Of a stretch of DNA of 64,000 bases, positions 35,206 to 54,750 are shown in pieces. The stretch is from Strigamia acuminata. Lineage: Eukaryota. A program made the translations under genes and the position numbers. The DNA lies in assembly GCA_949358305.1 (NCBI GenBank), contig OX442314.1:22134001-22198000 (forward strand), in the 5' to 3' direction. The notes under the pieces were generated by a model. It ran no database searches. It saw only the letters and a program-made list of their open reading frames with translations, and had not been told where the DNA came from. The number at the start of each line of letters is the position of its first letter. The stretch's first letter is position 1.

Positions 35206-35717
35206 ATTATAAATGCGCAGATGCGCAGTTTACGTGTTCCAACGGCGTGAGCATCCGGGCGTCGTGGAGACGCGATAACGATAACGATTGCGGCGATAAT
35301 TCGGACGAATTGGACTGCGGTGAATGTTAAAGGCGGTGAAAAAAATGTTTTTATCTCGGTAAATATTAATTGGAATTTGATATTTAGAATCCCGGAATTG
35401 AACGCAAGACGAATTCAAATGCACTAACGGGAATTGCATAAGGGAACAGTGGCATTGCGATGGCGATAATGACAGTCTGGAAAATAGCGATGAAAACTGC
35501 GGTAAATAAAAAAAATTAATTTAAATTAACATTTTTTTTTTAAATTATTATTTTAGCTGGCCGGACGTGCGATGTGTCTGAATTTCGGTGCAACGACGGG
35601 GCTCGCATATCGGCATCATGGCGGTGCGGATTGGATCCGGATTGCGGCGATGGATCGGACGAAGAAAGTTGCGGACGAGAACATTTATTCGTGTGCACCA
35701 TCTCAAAAAGTGTTTGA
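35206..35717 (+). pseudogene. Three-exon fragment of LDL-receptor class A (LDLa) repeats, degenerate
   Basis: Exons ~35206-35319, 35388-35501 and 35557-~35673, with phase-1 GT-AG introns. Translations: [35 protein letters not shown] / [37 protein letters not shown] / CDVSEFRCNDGARISASWRCGLDPDCGDGSDEESC. In-frame TGA at 35399-35401, several Cys lost, no signal-peptide exon seen. Confidence 0.75.
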
Positions 35718-36124
35718 GAGAAAACCATGTACAGTACGCAGGACAAAGGAGAGGAAAAACAAGAAATTTGAAAACTCAGCAAAGTAGCTAATTTGTTTAT
35801 TTTTCTGTTAGCAATTTAATGACATATTTTCTGCAATTTATTTCACCAAATCTCAATTTAAAAATTTAAAAATTTTTTTTTTGTGGAATTTAATTTAATT
35901 TACTTTAATTTTTAATTTTATTTTGGAAATGTCTAAGGTGTAAAATAAAATATAAAATAAAAAAGTAAAAAAAATCTGCTTTTCAATGGTTTTGTGTGGT
36001 GGGTGGAGCTAAGTGGCTGCTGAGTGACATCAATCGGCGGGACCAAATTTTAGTCAATGCAAAATCACCACATTGCAATACTCGTGTTTATTGCATTGTT
36101 TCATTCCAAAGCGGAAGAATAAAG

Positions 36125-43111
<6,987 letters not shown>

Positions 43112-43938
43112 AACTTACAAGATAGTTGAGGATTTAGTTGTTATTTTAAGTTGTATACCGGTACCTATGGTTTGATTATACAATAAATAGTTTGGTTTGT
43201 GGTTTGAATGTTGATAAGGATTTGTCCATCATTCCTGATAACACAATAATAATTGAAAATATTTTAACTAAAGTTACAAAAATAAAACCGACAACCTGCA
43301 GTAAAATCCAAGTCTTAGTATTGGTTGTATATTTCGCCACTAACTGGCGCCACCACACTTTTACTTATTTTTACTTACTTTTAAAACTAGGTGGCAGTGT
43401 TGTCTGAACTAAAAAGTTACTATATTTCCAAAAAATACACATATATACACATATTTAAATTATATGTAAATTTAAAACACAATTTTAATTGCCAATTTAC
43501 ATGTTAAAAACCCGGGAATATATCAAATAAAATTTGTTTATTTTGAAGCGTGTGAAGCTGAGATAATATGACGTCATTCAACATTCAACCGTTTGAAATA
43601 GAGACGTTAATCCATCGTACGAATGGAGTTTAAATTTTAGATATTTATATTGTTACGGAAAAAGTACAATTCAAAACACAGCAGAAGTGTAACGAAGACT
43701 ACAGGTAAATCACCCATTGAACAATGTGATATTCGAAATGAAATAAAAGCAATCACAATTAATTTCTCCAACCCAAACATGTGGTAACCGAATCTAAAAA
43801 CGCATTCGATTGGCTACAACAACAAGTGATCGTGATTAACTTTTATTTCCCTAATCGCCAATTCAAACTTATTGATCTATTTTTGTATACTTACAGGTAG
43901 GAAAACGAACCAAAATTCGTGGAGAATGACTAAACAAT

Positions 43939-45907
43939 ATGACTAATTTGACTTCGACAGTAACATCGATATCAACCTGTGTCGAGTCCGAGGCGTCAAC
44001 GATCAAATTACCGTCAACCGCCGTCATCGGTCATCCAACAATTCCCAATTTGGTTCCACCGGTAACTCCGGTCCCGGTGAGAGTCGAAAATACCGTCTTA
44101 CCTTACTTCGTTTTTACGTGCGGTGATAAAGGAAACGTGATTAATGTACCGATGAATCAAACACAAGCTCGTTGTCTGGGCATGGAGACGCCGACGTTAA
44201 TCGGACAGCCGCAAGTTCAGTTTTTTCAAAACACGCCGCAGACACCGACACCGAATAATGTCGTCTTGAAACCACCGACTGCAATCGCTCCAGTGGCTCT
44301 TCCCTTCAAGGATCCAAGGGATGTAGCCATTGGTGAAAGCTTGTTAAAATTGATTCAGCCGCACAATTTAATAACAAAAGCTCCGCCAACACGAAATGGT
44401 AATTTGATTTCTTGAATTTTTATTCCCATTTTATTTGGATAATTTGTTTTTTGTTAATATTTAGGCCAGTTTATATTTTATTTGAATAATAATAGTAATT
44501 TGTTAATATTTAGGCCACTTTTACGAGGAGAAGGAAATTATTTATGTTTTTATTTTTATTTCAGCCGTGCCTCTTCCGAAGCCTACCAACATCACAAATA
44601 TTCGTTTGATTCCTATGCAAATGCCATTAAACGTGGCCGGTCAAAGACCACCAGCTCCGATGTATCCTCAAGTGATGACCGTCATGCAACCGCCTCGTCA
44701 ACAAGTCAACGACGCCATACGGCCGCTTCCTCCAATCGTTCAGCGAATCAATCTCCCCATATTTCGACCGACAAAACCATTAGCCAAAACCATTACCACA
44801 CCTTCGTATTCATACAGTAACATGCCTCGAATGTGCCCCGCGAAAATCCCATCTCCGACAGTACGACCGCAGATTATGACATATTCGGCGGGAACTGTGC
44901 GAAATCTTTTGCAAAAACAACAGTTTAGTTCTTACGTCGTAAAAAGTAACGTCCTAGTTCCACCAAAACCTCAAACACAGCCGCAAACACTGCCGCAAAC
45001 ACTGCCGCAAACACTGCCGCAAACTCTGCCGCAGCCACTGTCACTGCCACAGTATTTTGTCAACCAATCCACAACTGCCGGATTGAATTCGTCGTTGGAC
45101 GCGAGAAATCAGTTGCCGCACTTACGTCATTTGCTCATGACGCCGTTTTCAAACATCGTTGTCCGTAGTGGGAAGGAGTTGCCCGAGGATCCTATCGGGT
45201 TATTGGTCCCTGAGGTTCAAATAGTCGAGGATGAGAGCCAACAAGTGACCATTCCTCAGTGGTCGCCGCAGAGTAAAGTAAAGCGGAAACTCGAGGGCGA
45301 TTGTGGTGCAAATGCGAGAAAAAAGTGCAAAGTGGATGAGAAAATCGAAATGAAAAAGGCTGAACTGGTGCTGGACAAGCTCGACGTGGCTGCGATAAAG
45401 GATGGTCGCATTGACTTGAAAAAGATTAGCGAGGATAAATTGTTTTTAACCAGAGCTAAATTAAGTCCAAAGAAAGCGACGGTCGCGGTTGTTCAGAGCC
45501 CGACGGCGGTCAGTGAAAGTTGTGGAATGGTGAAAATCGCAGAGACGCCAAAGGCGGAGCCAAAGATGAGGTGTTTAGTGTACAAGTCGTCAAATTTTAC
45601 GCATGTTATACCGTTGCAGGATGTGATCAGCATCCCTAACGAATTATTGGAGGATTTAGAAGCGTCCACGCCGTGTCAGCAGTTGGAGAATTTGCTTGGT
45701 CTCATATCGGTTGCGAGCGCCGACGATGTTGAACCCGAGTTCGAGGCGATGGATTTGGATAATGTTACGTCGGTGTGTCTGAATTCGACGTTGTTAGAGA
45801 CGTTGGCGAAAAGATACAAAACGGATGATTTGGCGAAACGTGTCAAATTGAACATGTTACGGGACAAATTAATGACTGCACTTGCAACGTCGAAAAAGAA
45901 ATTGTAG
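43939..45907 (+). CDS. Uncharacterised Pro/Thr/Gln-rich, probably nuclear protein, 2 coding exons, 600 aa
   Basis: Exons 43939-44398 and 44565-45907 join through a phase-1 GT-AG intron (1803 nt). The coding sequence is GC-rich against AT-rich flanks. An upstream UTR intron spans ~43705-43896. Basic clusters KVKRK...ARKKCK. No family recognised. Confidence 0.8.
44972..45050 (+). repeat. 12-bp coding tandem repeat (CCGCAAACACTG) encoding (PQTL)n
   Basis: ccgcaaacactg repeated about 4-5 times with drift; the protein reads PQTQPQTLPQTLPQTLPQTLPQPLSLPQ. Confidence 0.9.
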
Positions 45908-48900
45908 CCGTTTTAATTATTTTTATTAATTAAGGGATTCTTTGTTTTTTGTTTTGTTTTGTTTTGTTTTAAAAAAAACACAGTGTGTCACGTGGAGTCA
46001 TTCCATTATTTTTTTAATTTTAAATTCACACTTTTGAATGTAAATAATTAATTAAACGTTTTTTTTGCTTTATTTATGGGAAATTTTATTTTTGTATTAT
46101 TTTTTAAATTTTGTTTTTCCAATCAGACAAGCATCAAAATTTGTATGGAATTTGATAATATTTCTAATGTTATTCATGACTAGTAGATCAGTATTTACAA
46201 ATTTCTTTCATTTTTTTGTAATCTGATGTTCACACAATTTCTATTAAATGTATTACAAAACATAGCGTATTGGATTACTGTAATTGGTTTATTTAATTAG
46301 ACTAATTGGGCACTATTATGTGCTTAATTAGTCATTGTGTTAATCCCGCGATAAAATAGGTAAGTTAATTATTATTTATTTATTTATTTTTCTAATTTCG
46401 TCTTTATTGAAAGTAGGATTAATTTTAATTAAATTTATTTTTTCAGGGTTTGAAAAAAAATTTCTGTGGACAATCAATTTAATTTGTATAAGTGGTGTTG
46501 AGTAAAACAAATCATTCGATCCACTTGACCAGAGCACCCTGAGAACTAAGAATACCAAGGACGAAATTAAAATTATGTAAGTGTTTAACCTCATTTTTAT
46601 TCTACTGATAGGCGATAGTATGTAAATTAGGTGTTGATGGCAAGAAATGTTGAATGACGAGGTGCTCATTATTTTTATTTTCATTATTTATGTTTTTTTT
46701 GTTTGGAAAAAACTTGTTTTGATTTATCACTTGTCAACACCTTATATGGAGATAAAATTGATTGATTTAAAAAATATATATATATTTCAATAGAACTTTG
46801 TTATTTTTGTTTATAGATGAAATACTGTTGCTTGATACAAATTTGCTACCATAGAGATGTAATGATTGAATAATAAATGATGTTGGTAATTAAGGTGTAG
46901 ATTAAACCGATTAATTGTAGGAAACATAAATTATTTGGCAGAAAAAATTCTCAATTTAGCTCAGATAATTATTATTTCGGTTAAATAAAGGGAGGAAAAC
47001 AACATCACACTCAAATTACATCTCTTATATTAAGTTACGTTCGTTGTACTGTTTGTTTTCTTTTTTATTAATGCATTCAACGGCTGCACACTTTGAAATC
47101 CACACAAATTTTGCGTTTCAATTTCATTCGAAACGAATGTCAGCCATGAAGATCCAATATAATCAAATTTTCACGCTGCTCCAACAGCTCCAATTGCTTT
47201 GGGTGGCACAACAATAATTCGCATCAAAAGACAAAAATTACTCAATTTTATAAAATAATAATTTAAAAAAAAAAAAATAATATCTTTATAAAAACCCATA
47301 AAATTTTAATGGTCTTGTAAACTGCTATTTACCTTGTACTGATTAAATTTTTGTTTTTGTTTTCCAGTCTGAAGACAAAAACAAACCAGAGAGATCTAAA
47401 TATTTACATCTTACATAATCAGTAATCACCTTTGAAATCGTAAACTTAAACTCTTAAACCATCACTTTGTTTGGTAATTTATTCGAGCCGGGCGTCGAAG
47501 CCGATTGATCATGTCATTCGTGTGTGCCGAGATATTCCAACTATTTTCCCCTCTCTCCTTTTCCCACAATTTGTGTCTTAGCAAACCTAATTAAGGTTAA
47601 TACAACGTGGCGCCACTGGTGTTGGAATCTAACATCACATTACAACTCGCCAAGGGCAGGGGTAGTTGTAGTGAGTAGTAGACTGTGCACCCAATCCAGT
47701 GTCCACTGCTGTCACGTGATAAGCAGTCCAGACTAGTGGCAAAAGCAGAGGAAAAAGTTTTATGTACACCACGTGTGTCCATCAGCGCAGATAGCTTGAG
47801 GCTGAGTGTTTGGCAGCATCTGGAGAAATTTGATTACCTTTTTCAGGTAGTGAAATAACATTTCCACAGTGGCAAATATTTTATCCGAAAGTAAGTAAAT
47901 GGGATTAAGTTTGCTTTTCTTTCAATTCTCGGGGGAAGTAGTTGATTTCAATTTTGCACAAAGTTAAATTTAGGCGCTATTGTTGTATTGTACTCCGTGC
48001 GCCAAGAAAAACACTTTTCACAAGGCTTTACTAAGTTGATTGAGTCGATAAAAGTCAAACTTAGTAACCTGAGTATTATATAACAACATTTCCGAGGAAA
48101 ATTTGAAGAAAAAAGCATTTTGATGATTCCAAGAAAAAATTTAAAATTTAAAAATTTAAATTTATTTTGTTTTAAGTTCCAAGGATTTAGTCAAAACATG
48201 TGCGAAGAATTTAAAGTGAATATTGTTTTTGTACCTGTTGCCAACGGTATTTACGAGTGGTTTAATTAATTTGATGCGGAAAACTGCCAGAAGGTTAAAA
48301 TATCACATTCCCTTCTTAGTCGTATTGAAATTAAGCAAGTCAAGTGGTTAATTCCATCGACTAAGAGTCGGGTGGTCTTGTCAATAGTCGTGGGAGAAAT
48401 TAGGACTTCATCCTTGTAGTCAGTCGTTTCCAGATACTTCCCTGTATGACCCATTATGTGTGACCCTCTTCGAAACTTTTATTGTATTTCTTGTTTATGT
48501 TTTTATTGGTTTTTGAGTTCAAATTTATTTAATTTATTTTTTTTTTAAATATTTATTTTTCTTCTGGGAATTGGATACAAAGTATAATTCGCTTCGAGTC
48601 GCAGACAGTAAATTTGCTGCGGCAGAAATTTTCAGCTCAGAATAGAATCCACAAACTCGGTCTGTCCTCCAGAATAGAAAAATCACATTTCAGGGACTGA
48701 GTTTGCAATTTGTTTGAGTTCATGTTTTTTTTTTTTTTAATTTTTTTTTTCTTGTTCTTCTCGCTTCCTTTCTACACAGCTGAAAGGAAACTGAAACCAC
48801 TAAATGCTCTTTTCCTCTTACGTTGTATTACGTCTATTTCTTCCCAGTGCATTAATCGAGCGTTATTAGCGTGCCTAACTAATTACACTACTTTATTTTT

Positions 48901-49936
48901 ATGTTGAGACTCAAGAGGTCCAGCTGCGAACTTGCCATTGATTATACAAGGTTCGAACGTATTGCACTTGAATCAACACGAGTAAAAACCTTGATAACAG
49001 TTGGCATAGATTCATGAGCAATAAGAAATTTTAATTAGGCCAAATAGATGTGTTTTGAGAATGTTTTTGAGAATTAATTCATTTTGAATAAACAAACAAC
49101 AGTTTTTCGACCTCATTATCGGCTAATGAATTGCAGACTTTAATAGTCTGGTAAATGGCCAGGCCAGTGTTAGGTCAAGAAGTCTAATACTTTGGGCTTT
49201 GGACCTTTTTCTTGGGAAAAGCAAAATTGTTTTCTCGATTTTATTGCATAACCAATTGAAAAGGAAAATCCACAGGAAAACACACATTAGATTCTTAATT
49301 ATTATCTTATCTCCGTTTAATATCTTTTCTATAGTACAACAGTCAACGGAACACAGTGTAGAATAAGAAAATCCGTAATTATACTTAATTTTAGACACCC
49401 AAAAGTGTTAATACATTTATTTTTCCGGACGAATTTTTCTTTTGATTATTTGTCACATGGAATGATCAACTTCCATAATTACGCCTACTTCAGTATCTCA
49501 ATGGATGGAATTACATTGAACGACTTGAGCTGGCTTGTTGTAGATGTCTGTTTAATCATTACTCACATCCTTCGCTTTTTGGTTCACCGCCTTTTATTTG
49601 AATTTAACTTCCTTTCATTTACTCTCTTTCTTTACTTTATTTCGACTTTCTTATTTTTTAAATTTTTTTTTATACTTTTTTATTATTTTCAATTTATATT
49701 GTTTTGCTTCAAGCACAGACGTGTGATCCATCATTTGTAAATTGGTGAAAAGTTGAATTGAAACTTTTTTATTTTTTTCCAACTGTTTTTGTTGATAATT
49801 GGGTCTTCTAAACCAATCAAACTAGTTGGGTGCCTGCCAGTCTACGCGGCACATCCCGTAGAAACATGCCCTTTTTGATTTCCTTTCTACATGTTGTGCG
49901 GATATTAATCCCTTTTTCTCTATCAACAGGTTCAAC

Positions 49937-52813
49937 ATGGCTGACACTAACTACGAAGTGAAAGAAACCATGCTGCCGCCAAGAAAACCCGTAGAAATGA
50001 TAGAAGCGCCGCAACCTAGACAACCCACATCCATTTTCGCTCGCTTAAAAGCTCATCCCGTAAAAACACGACTTTTCAAATTCACATTCACATTCCCTTT
50101 CACATTTATCGTAATTCTGATTGGAAAAAATGTCTTAAAAAATGAAATAAATGAACAAATTAGTAGAATTGACATTTATCTTCTCTTCAGGCATTAAATA
50201 TTGTGTAACGAGATTTATAGTCACTTAAAAGTTAGATGTTGTAGTTGGAGATACTGATAGTGGAGATTAGCGGGGATCTATAAATGATGGCAGCTATAAA
50301 TATTTTTCTGTGTCTTCCATCTTAAGCAGAGTGCAGCTTGATATTTTTAGATTATCATCCATACCATTCTATTTTATCTATGTCAATACGTGTTAGTGAC
50401 ATTTTAGGGGTTTATAAAACCTGTGTTTAGCTTTTGTCAAATGTGGCCAATTTATGGTCAGTGTTATTGGAAGGGAACCAAATAGACAAGCTCAGTGATC
50501 TGATCCACACAACAAATCATCCTAAAAATTGATTTTTTTTTTTTTAAATAAGTAAGAATTAAATGTGAAATGGAATAAAATAAAATAAATTCACAGATTA
50601 TTCTGTATTTTCTGAAAATAATTCTGCAATTATTTAATCGTGGTACTTGTTTGTTTTTTTGTAGGTTATGATATGGTTTGGAGATAATTTATTACTTGTC
50701 TTAACGATTCTTGGAGTATTACTGGGCTTCGTCATAGGATTTCTAGCAAGAATCGATGCAGATTTGCCTTTTCCACCCGATACAGTCATGTTGGTGTCTT
50801 TCCCCGGTGAAATTATGATGAGAGCACTTAAAATGCTTATTCTACCTTTAATTACATCATCTTTAATTACAGGTAAACAGTTTGTAAGCGCTCTAATAAA
50901 TCACCAACACGTAACTTGACGTAACTCAAATATTTGCATGTACTACAGCCAAGAGATCTGGACATTGTAATTTATTATTAAAATTAAACTCCTTAATTTT
51001 CAATGGCGGATTTTTAGGTTTGCTTAGGAGTAAAAATCATGTCAAGTTATTCTCGGGGTAATTAATTCTTTATATAAAATATAGAGTATGAAAGTTAAAA
51101 ACGAGTTTTATTCGAGTTCTGCGAAGTCGCTATTCTTAGTACCATAATAAAAATATCCACAAGCTACTGCTATTTTTTGTATTAACGATATTGAAAAATG
51201 GCGACAAATAAATAGCAACTAAAATGTATAATTTATTCCAGGATTAGCACAACTTGACCCAAGATCTAGCGGCCGAATGGGTTCGCTAGCCTTCGCTTAT
51301 TACATGATAACAACAGTCATGGCAGCTATATTAGGTATTGGTCTTGTCGTTGCAATTCATCCTGGTCATCCAGAGCTTTCAAGAAATATGACAGGAACAA
51401 CTGATTCCGAGGAAGTGGTTGACACATTGGAGTCAATTTTAGACATCATCAGGTAGACGTTAGGGACATCCCAATAAATGTTTTTTCCTTCACATACTGT
51501 TTATTCTGCTAGAAATATGTTACCAGAAAACTTAATTCAAGCTTGCATTCAAACTGGGACGACCAAAACGATGACTGTGAATCTTACGGATGGAGGTTCT
51601 GAAGTGGTGAAAAAATTTATGTATCAAGATGGAACGAACATAATGGGTACGGTATGCAATGGATTTATTTTTTGTGCATCATTATTTAATATCTAGTTAT
51701 TATATTCTAGGGTTAATTGTATTCTGCATTGCATTCGGTATCATTTGTGGTCAGATGGGAGACCAAGGACGATTGATGGTGGAATTTTTCGTCGGTTTAA
51801 ACGAAGTCATCATGAGAATTGTGCACATTGTAATGTGGTACTCGCCAATTGGCATCATGTTTCTCATCATAGGCAAGATTATGTCTATCAAACATATGGG
51901 AGAAACAGCTGGACTACTAGGGATGTACATGGTTACGGTCGTAACCGGTCTACTAATACATGGATTAATAACGTTACCACTTATATTTTTCTTAATTACG
52001 CGGAAAAATCCTGCAAAATTCTTTTACGGAATGCTTTACGCTTGGATCACTGCTCTAGGTACTGCTTCGAGGTAAATTTAATGAAATAAAAAGATAAATT
52101 TAAGTACAGTGGCGTAATTACGAGTAATTTTTACAATTTTAGTACTGCCGCTTTGCCAATTACGTTTCAATGTTTGGAAGAAAATAACAAAATTGACAAA
52201 AGAGTTACGCGCTTCGTCTTACCGGTTGGTGCTACCATAAACATGGATGGTACGGCGTTATACGAAGCTGTTGCTTCCATATTTATTGCCCAAATGGAGG
52301 GAATTAACCTTGAGATTGGACAGTTAATTACAGTGAGGTAAAGATATTGATTTTCTTGAGGTTTTCTACGTTTTAACTAATGTTTGAATTGATATTTTTA
52401 GTTTAACTGCCACATTAGCTAGTGTGGGGGCAGCTAGTATACCCAGTGCAGCGCTCGTAACTATGGTGCTTATTTTGCAAGCTCTTGGCTTGCCGACTAC
52501 CAATATTACAATGTTATTTGCAGTAGATTGGTTGCTGTAAGTTGCCCAATTAAATAATTTTTTTTTTTAATTTTGATTTATTTGATTTGTTTTAAATAGT
52601 GATCGATTGCGGACATCGCTGAACGTGGTCGGAGACGGGTTTGGGGCCGGAATTGTTTATCATTTATCAAAGAAAGATTTGGATAAATTAGACCGCGAAT
52701 TGGCGGAACAGCAAGAAATTGAAGAAGAGCGTCGAATGAGTTTATTTGTCAAGCGCCACAGTCTTGCGGCGGCTCAGCATCATGGCGATGGCAATGCCGA
52801 AACGCCAATTTAA
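49937..52813 (+). CDS. Excitatory amino acid transporter (SLC1/EAAT family, EAAT2-like)
   Basis: Exons 49937-50059, 50665-50872, 51242-51452, ~51513-51647, ~51711-52071, ~52143-52337, ~52402-52536 and ~52600-52813. Motifs: [28 protein letters not shown] (HP1), [45 protein letters not shown]. The Arg that determines acidic-substrate specificity is retained. Confidence 0.96.
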
Positions 52814-53032
52814 AATACAATTCATTTTGCTTGTGTATAAAGAGGGTGAAATAATTCAGATGTGCATCTTGTGTATTTTTGCTTTTCCTGCCCCTAATTT
52901 CGATTTTTATTTTTTACCATTTCGCTGAATATCAATGAAAAATCATCCTATTTGCTGGGGCATCTCATGGACATCTCTGGAAATCTAATCTGGAATCATG
53001 TGGACTCAGTATTATGTGGGATTAATATATCG

Positions 53033-53216
53033 GGGGTGTTCGGAAACTGTTTTTCACTTCCGTTACCGTCATTACTCGGAAGATTTTGAAAAATCTTGCA
53101 ACTCCCAAGTTGCCCATTCAGTATTCTGCATTTTTCATTGTTTTATCATTAATTTTTCAAGGTTCAGTTGTTGAAAATACAAATTGCGAAGTGAAAAACA
53201 GTTTTATCGATACCCC
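53033..53216. mobile_element. MITE-like element with ~28-bp imperfect terminal inverted repeats, in the EAAT 3' region
   Basis: Left arm ggggtgttcggaaactgtttttcacttc (53033-53060) matches the reverse complement of the right arm, ggggtatcgataaaactgtttttcacttc (53188-53216). Non-coding, AT flanks. Confidence 0.7.
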
Positions 53217-54750
53217 AATAGTTAAAATCTCAGTATAAATACAAAATGCTTTTGTATACAATAAAGAATAAACTTTATTCTTGGATATTCTACAACAACT
53301 GCCAATATTTTGTAATATTACTTGTGTTGACTTGTAAACTGAGACTTGTAAATGCAGACAGGCAGATCATCGAATTTGATGTATTTTGTTAAAGCAATTA
53401 GATTTTATTCAGATGTACTGTTGTACTTTTATAAAGACTTTACTTGTATAATGTTATTTTATGATATCTGTTTGAAACAATAGTATGATTGATGACTAAC
53501 ATCTCGAATAACCACATGTGAATTAATATTTCTTCAGGGATCTCTTAATTATAAAAGCTTTTGGATATAAACATGCACTTTGAAGTTCTAACTCATTACG
53601 GTTCATCATACGGACATAGCAAAATCAAGGTTTCTCAACAAAAACAACGAAATTACAAAAGAAAATAAATGAAATCAAACCTTTATTGAGACTTAAGATG
53701 TCAATGATTCAGTGATATTAAGAAGTCTGGAATTGGTGACAAACAAATTCCCATGACACATCCACAGGGAGTGGCCATTTCGCATAAATTAAAAACGACA
53801 ATTTGAAAATTCACTGCATACACTACAATCTTTGAGTTTAACTGATTTTCTGCGATTTATAGGGAATTTTATGCAAGGTTTACAGTAGATTTAATAGTTT
53901 TTTACTGGAGTGGATTTGCAGTGAATTTGATGAATTTGTAGTGGGTTTGAAGGCATTTGTTGTGGATTTGAAAGTTTTATATTTTTCACGAACAACAATT
54001 CACTCGGTACTCCAAAAAAAAGAAAATTAGGGGTCTTTTAGCCTAGAAATACGAGGCGACGCAAAGAGGGATGCCACGAGCAGCCTTTTTTTCTTTTTTT
54101 CTTTTATTGCACCATCCCTAGATCTACAACAAAGTCATTAACAACCGAGTTTGATTTTATTTTGACACTTTGATTTTGTTCGTTTTTGTTTTTCTAGACA
54201 AAATTATTTTTAAAATAAAAAAAACAATTTTTTTGCTCGTTATTTATTTTCGGTATCCTATTTCCACAATTCAAAATCAGCGCCCAAACAAAGCGTATGT
54301 TGCCGCTCCAAATTAGCACTGTGGGGCAGCTACAGAAGCAACCGAAACCCCAAACTAACGCGCCATCTATCAAACAAACAAACCGAATTTAATATTAACA
54401 TTTACACAAAATCCACCAACCCAAAATAAATAACAAATATTTTAAAACCCACTCCAGCAAAAAAGCACACAAATGTCGGCACATAAGCGTCATACATATT
54501 CCTAGTTTATCATTCCACCACAACAAGTCGCTAACCTCAATTTTAGTCAGCCATCGCATCGTTCATTCCCTTCCCTTTCATTCCCCATTAACTAGCTATT
54601 TGGAACCGATTCTCTTTTCCTCGTGGTGTGGCATAGACCAAACGGTATGCTAAATGAACTTATTTAAGCACCCGCGTGTCATGTAGGACTTAAACCGGCC
54701 TTGAAAAGTGCGAACATTTCTGCTATCGAGTCATCAGCCGCAGTACCGTA

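Noticed and set aside
35399..35401. Selenocysteine codon in the LDLa fragment
   Set aside because: Other Cys are also lost, no SECIS was identified and there is no start exon; a nonsense mutation is more parsimonious.
44451..44517. Duplicated 18-mer TTGTTAATATTTAGGCCA as alternative acceptors or a microexon in the orphan gene intron
   Set aside because: No GT donor follows and the frames do not join productively; probably a local duplication.
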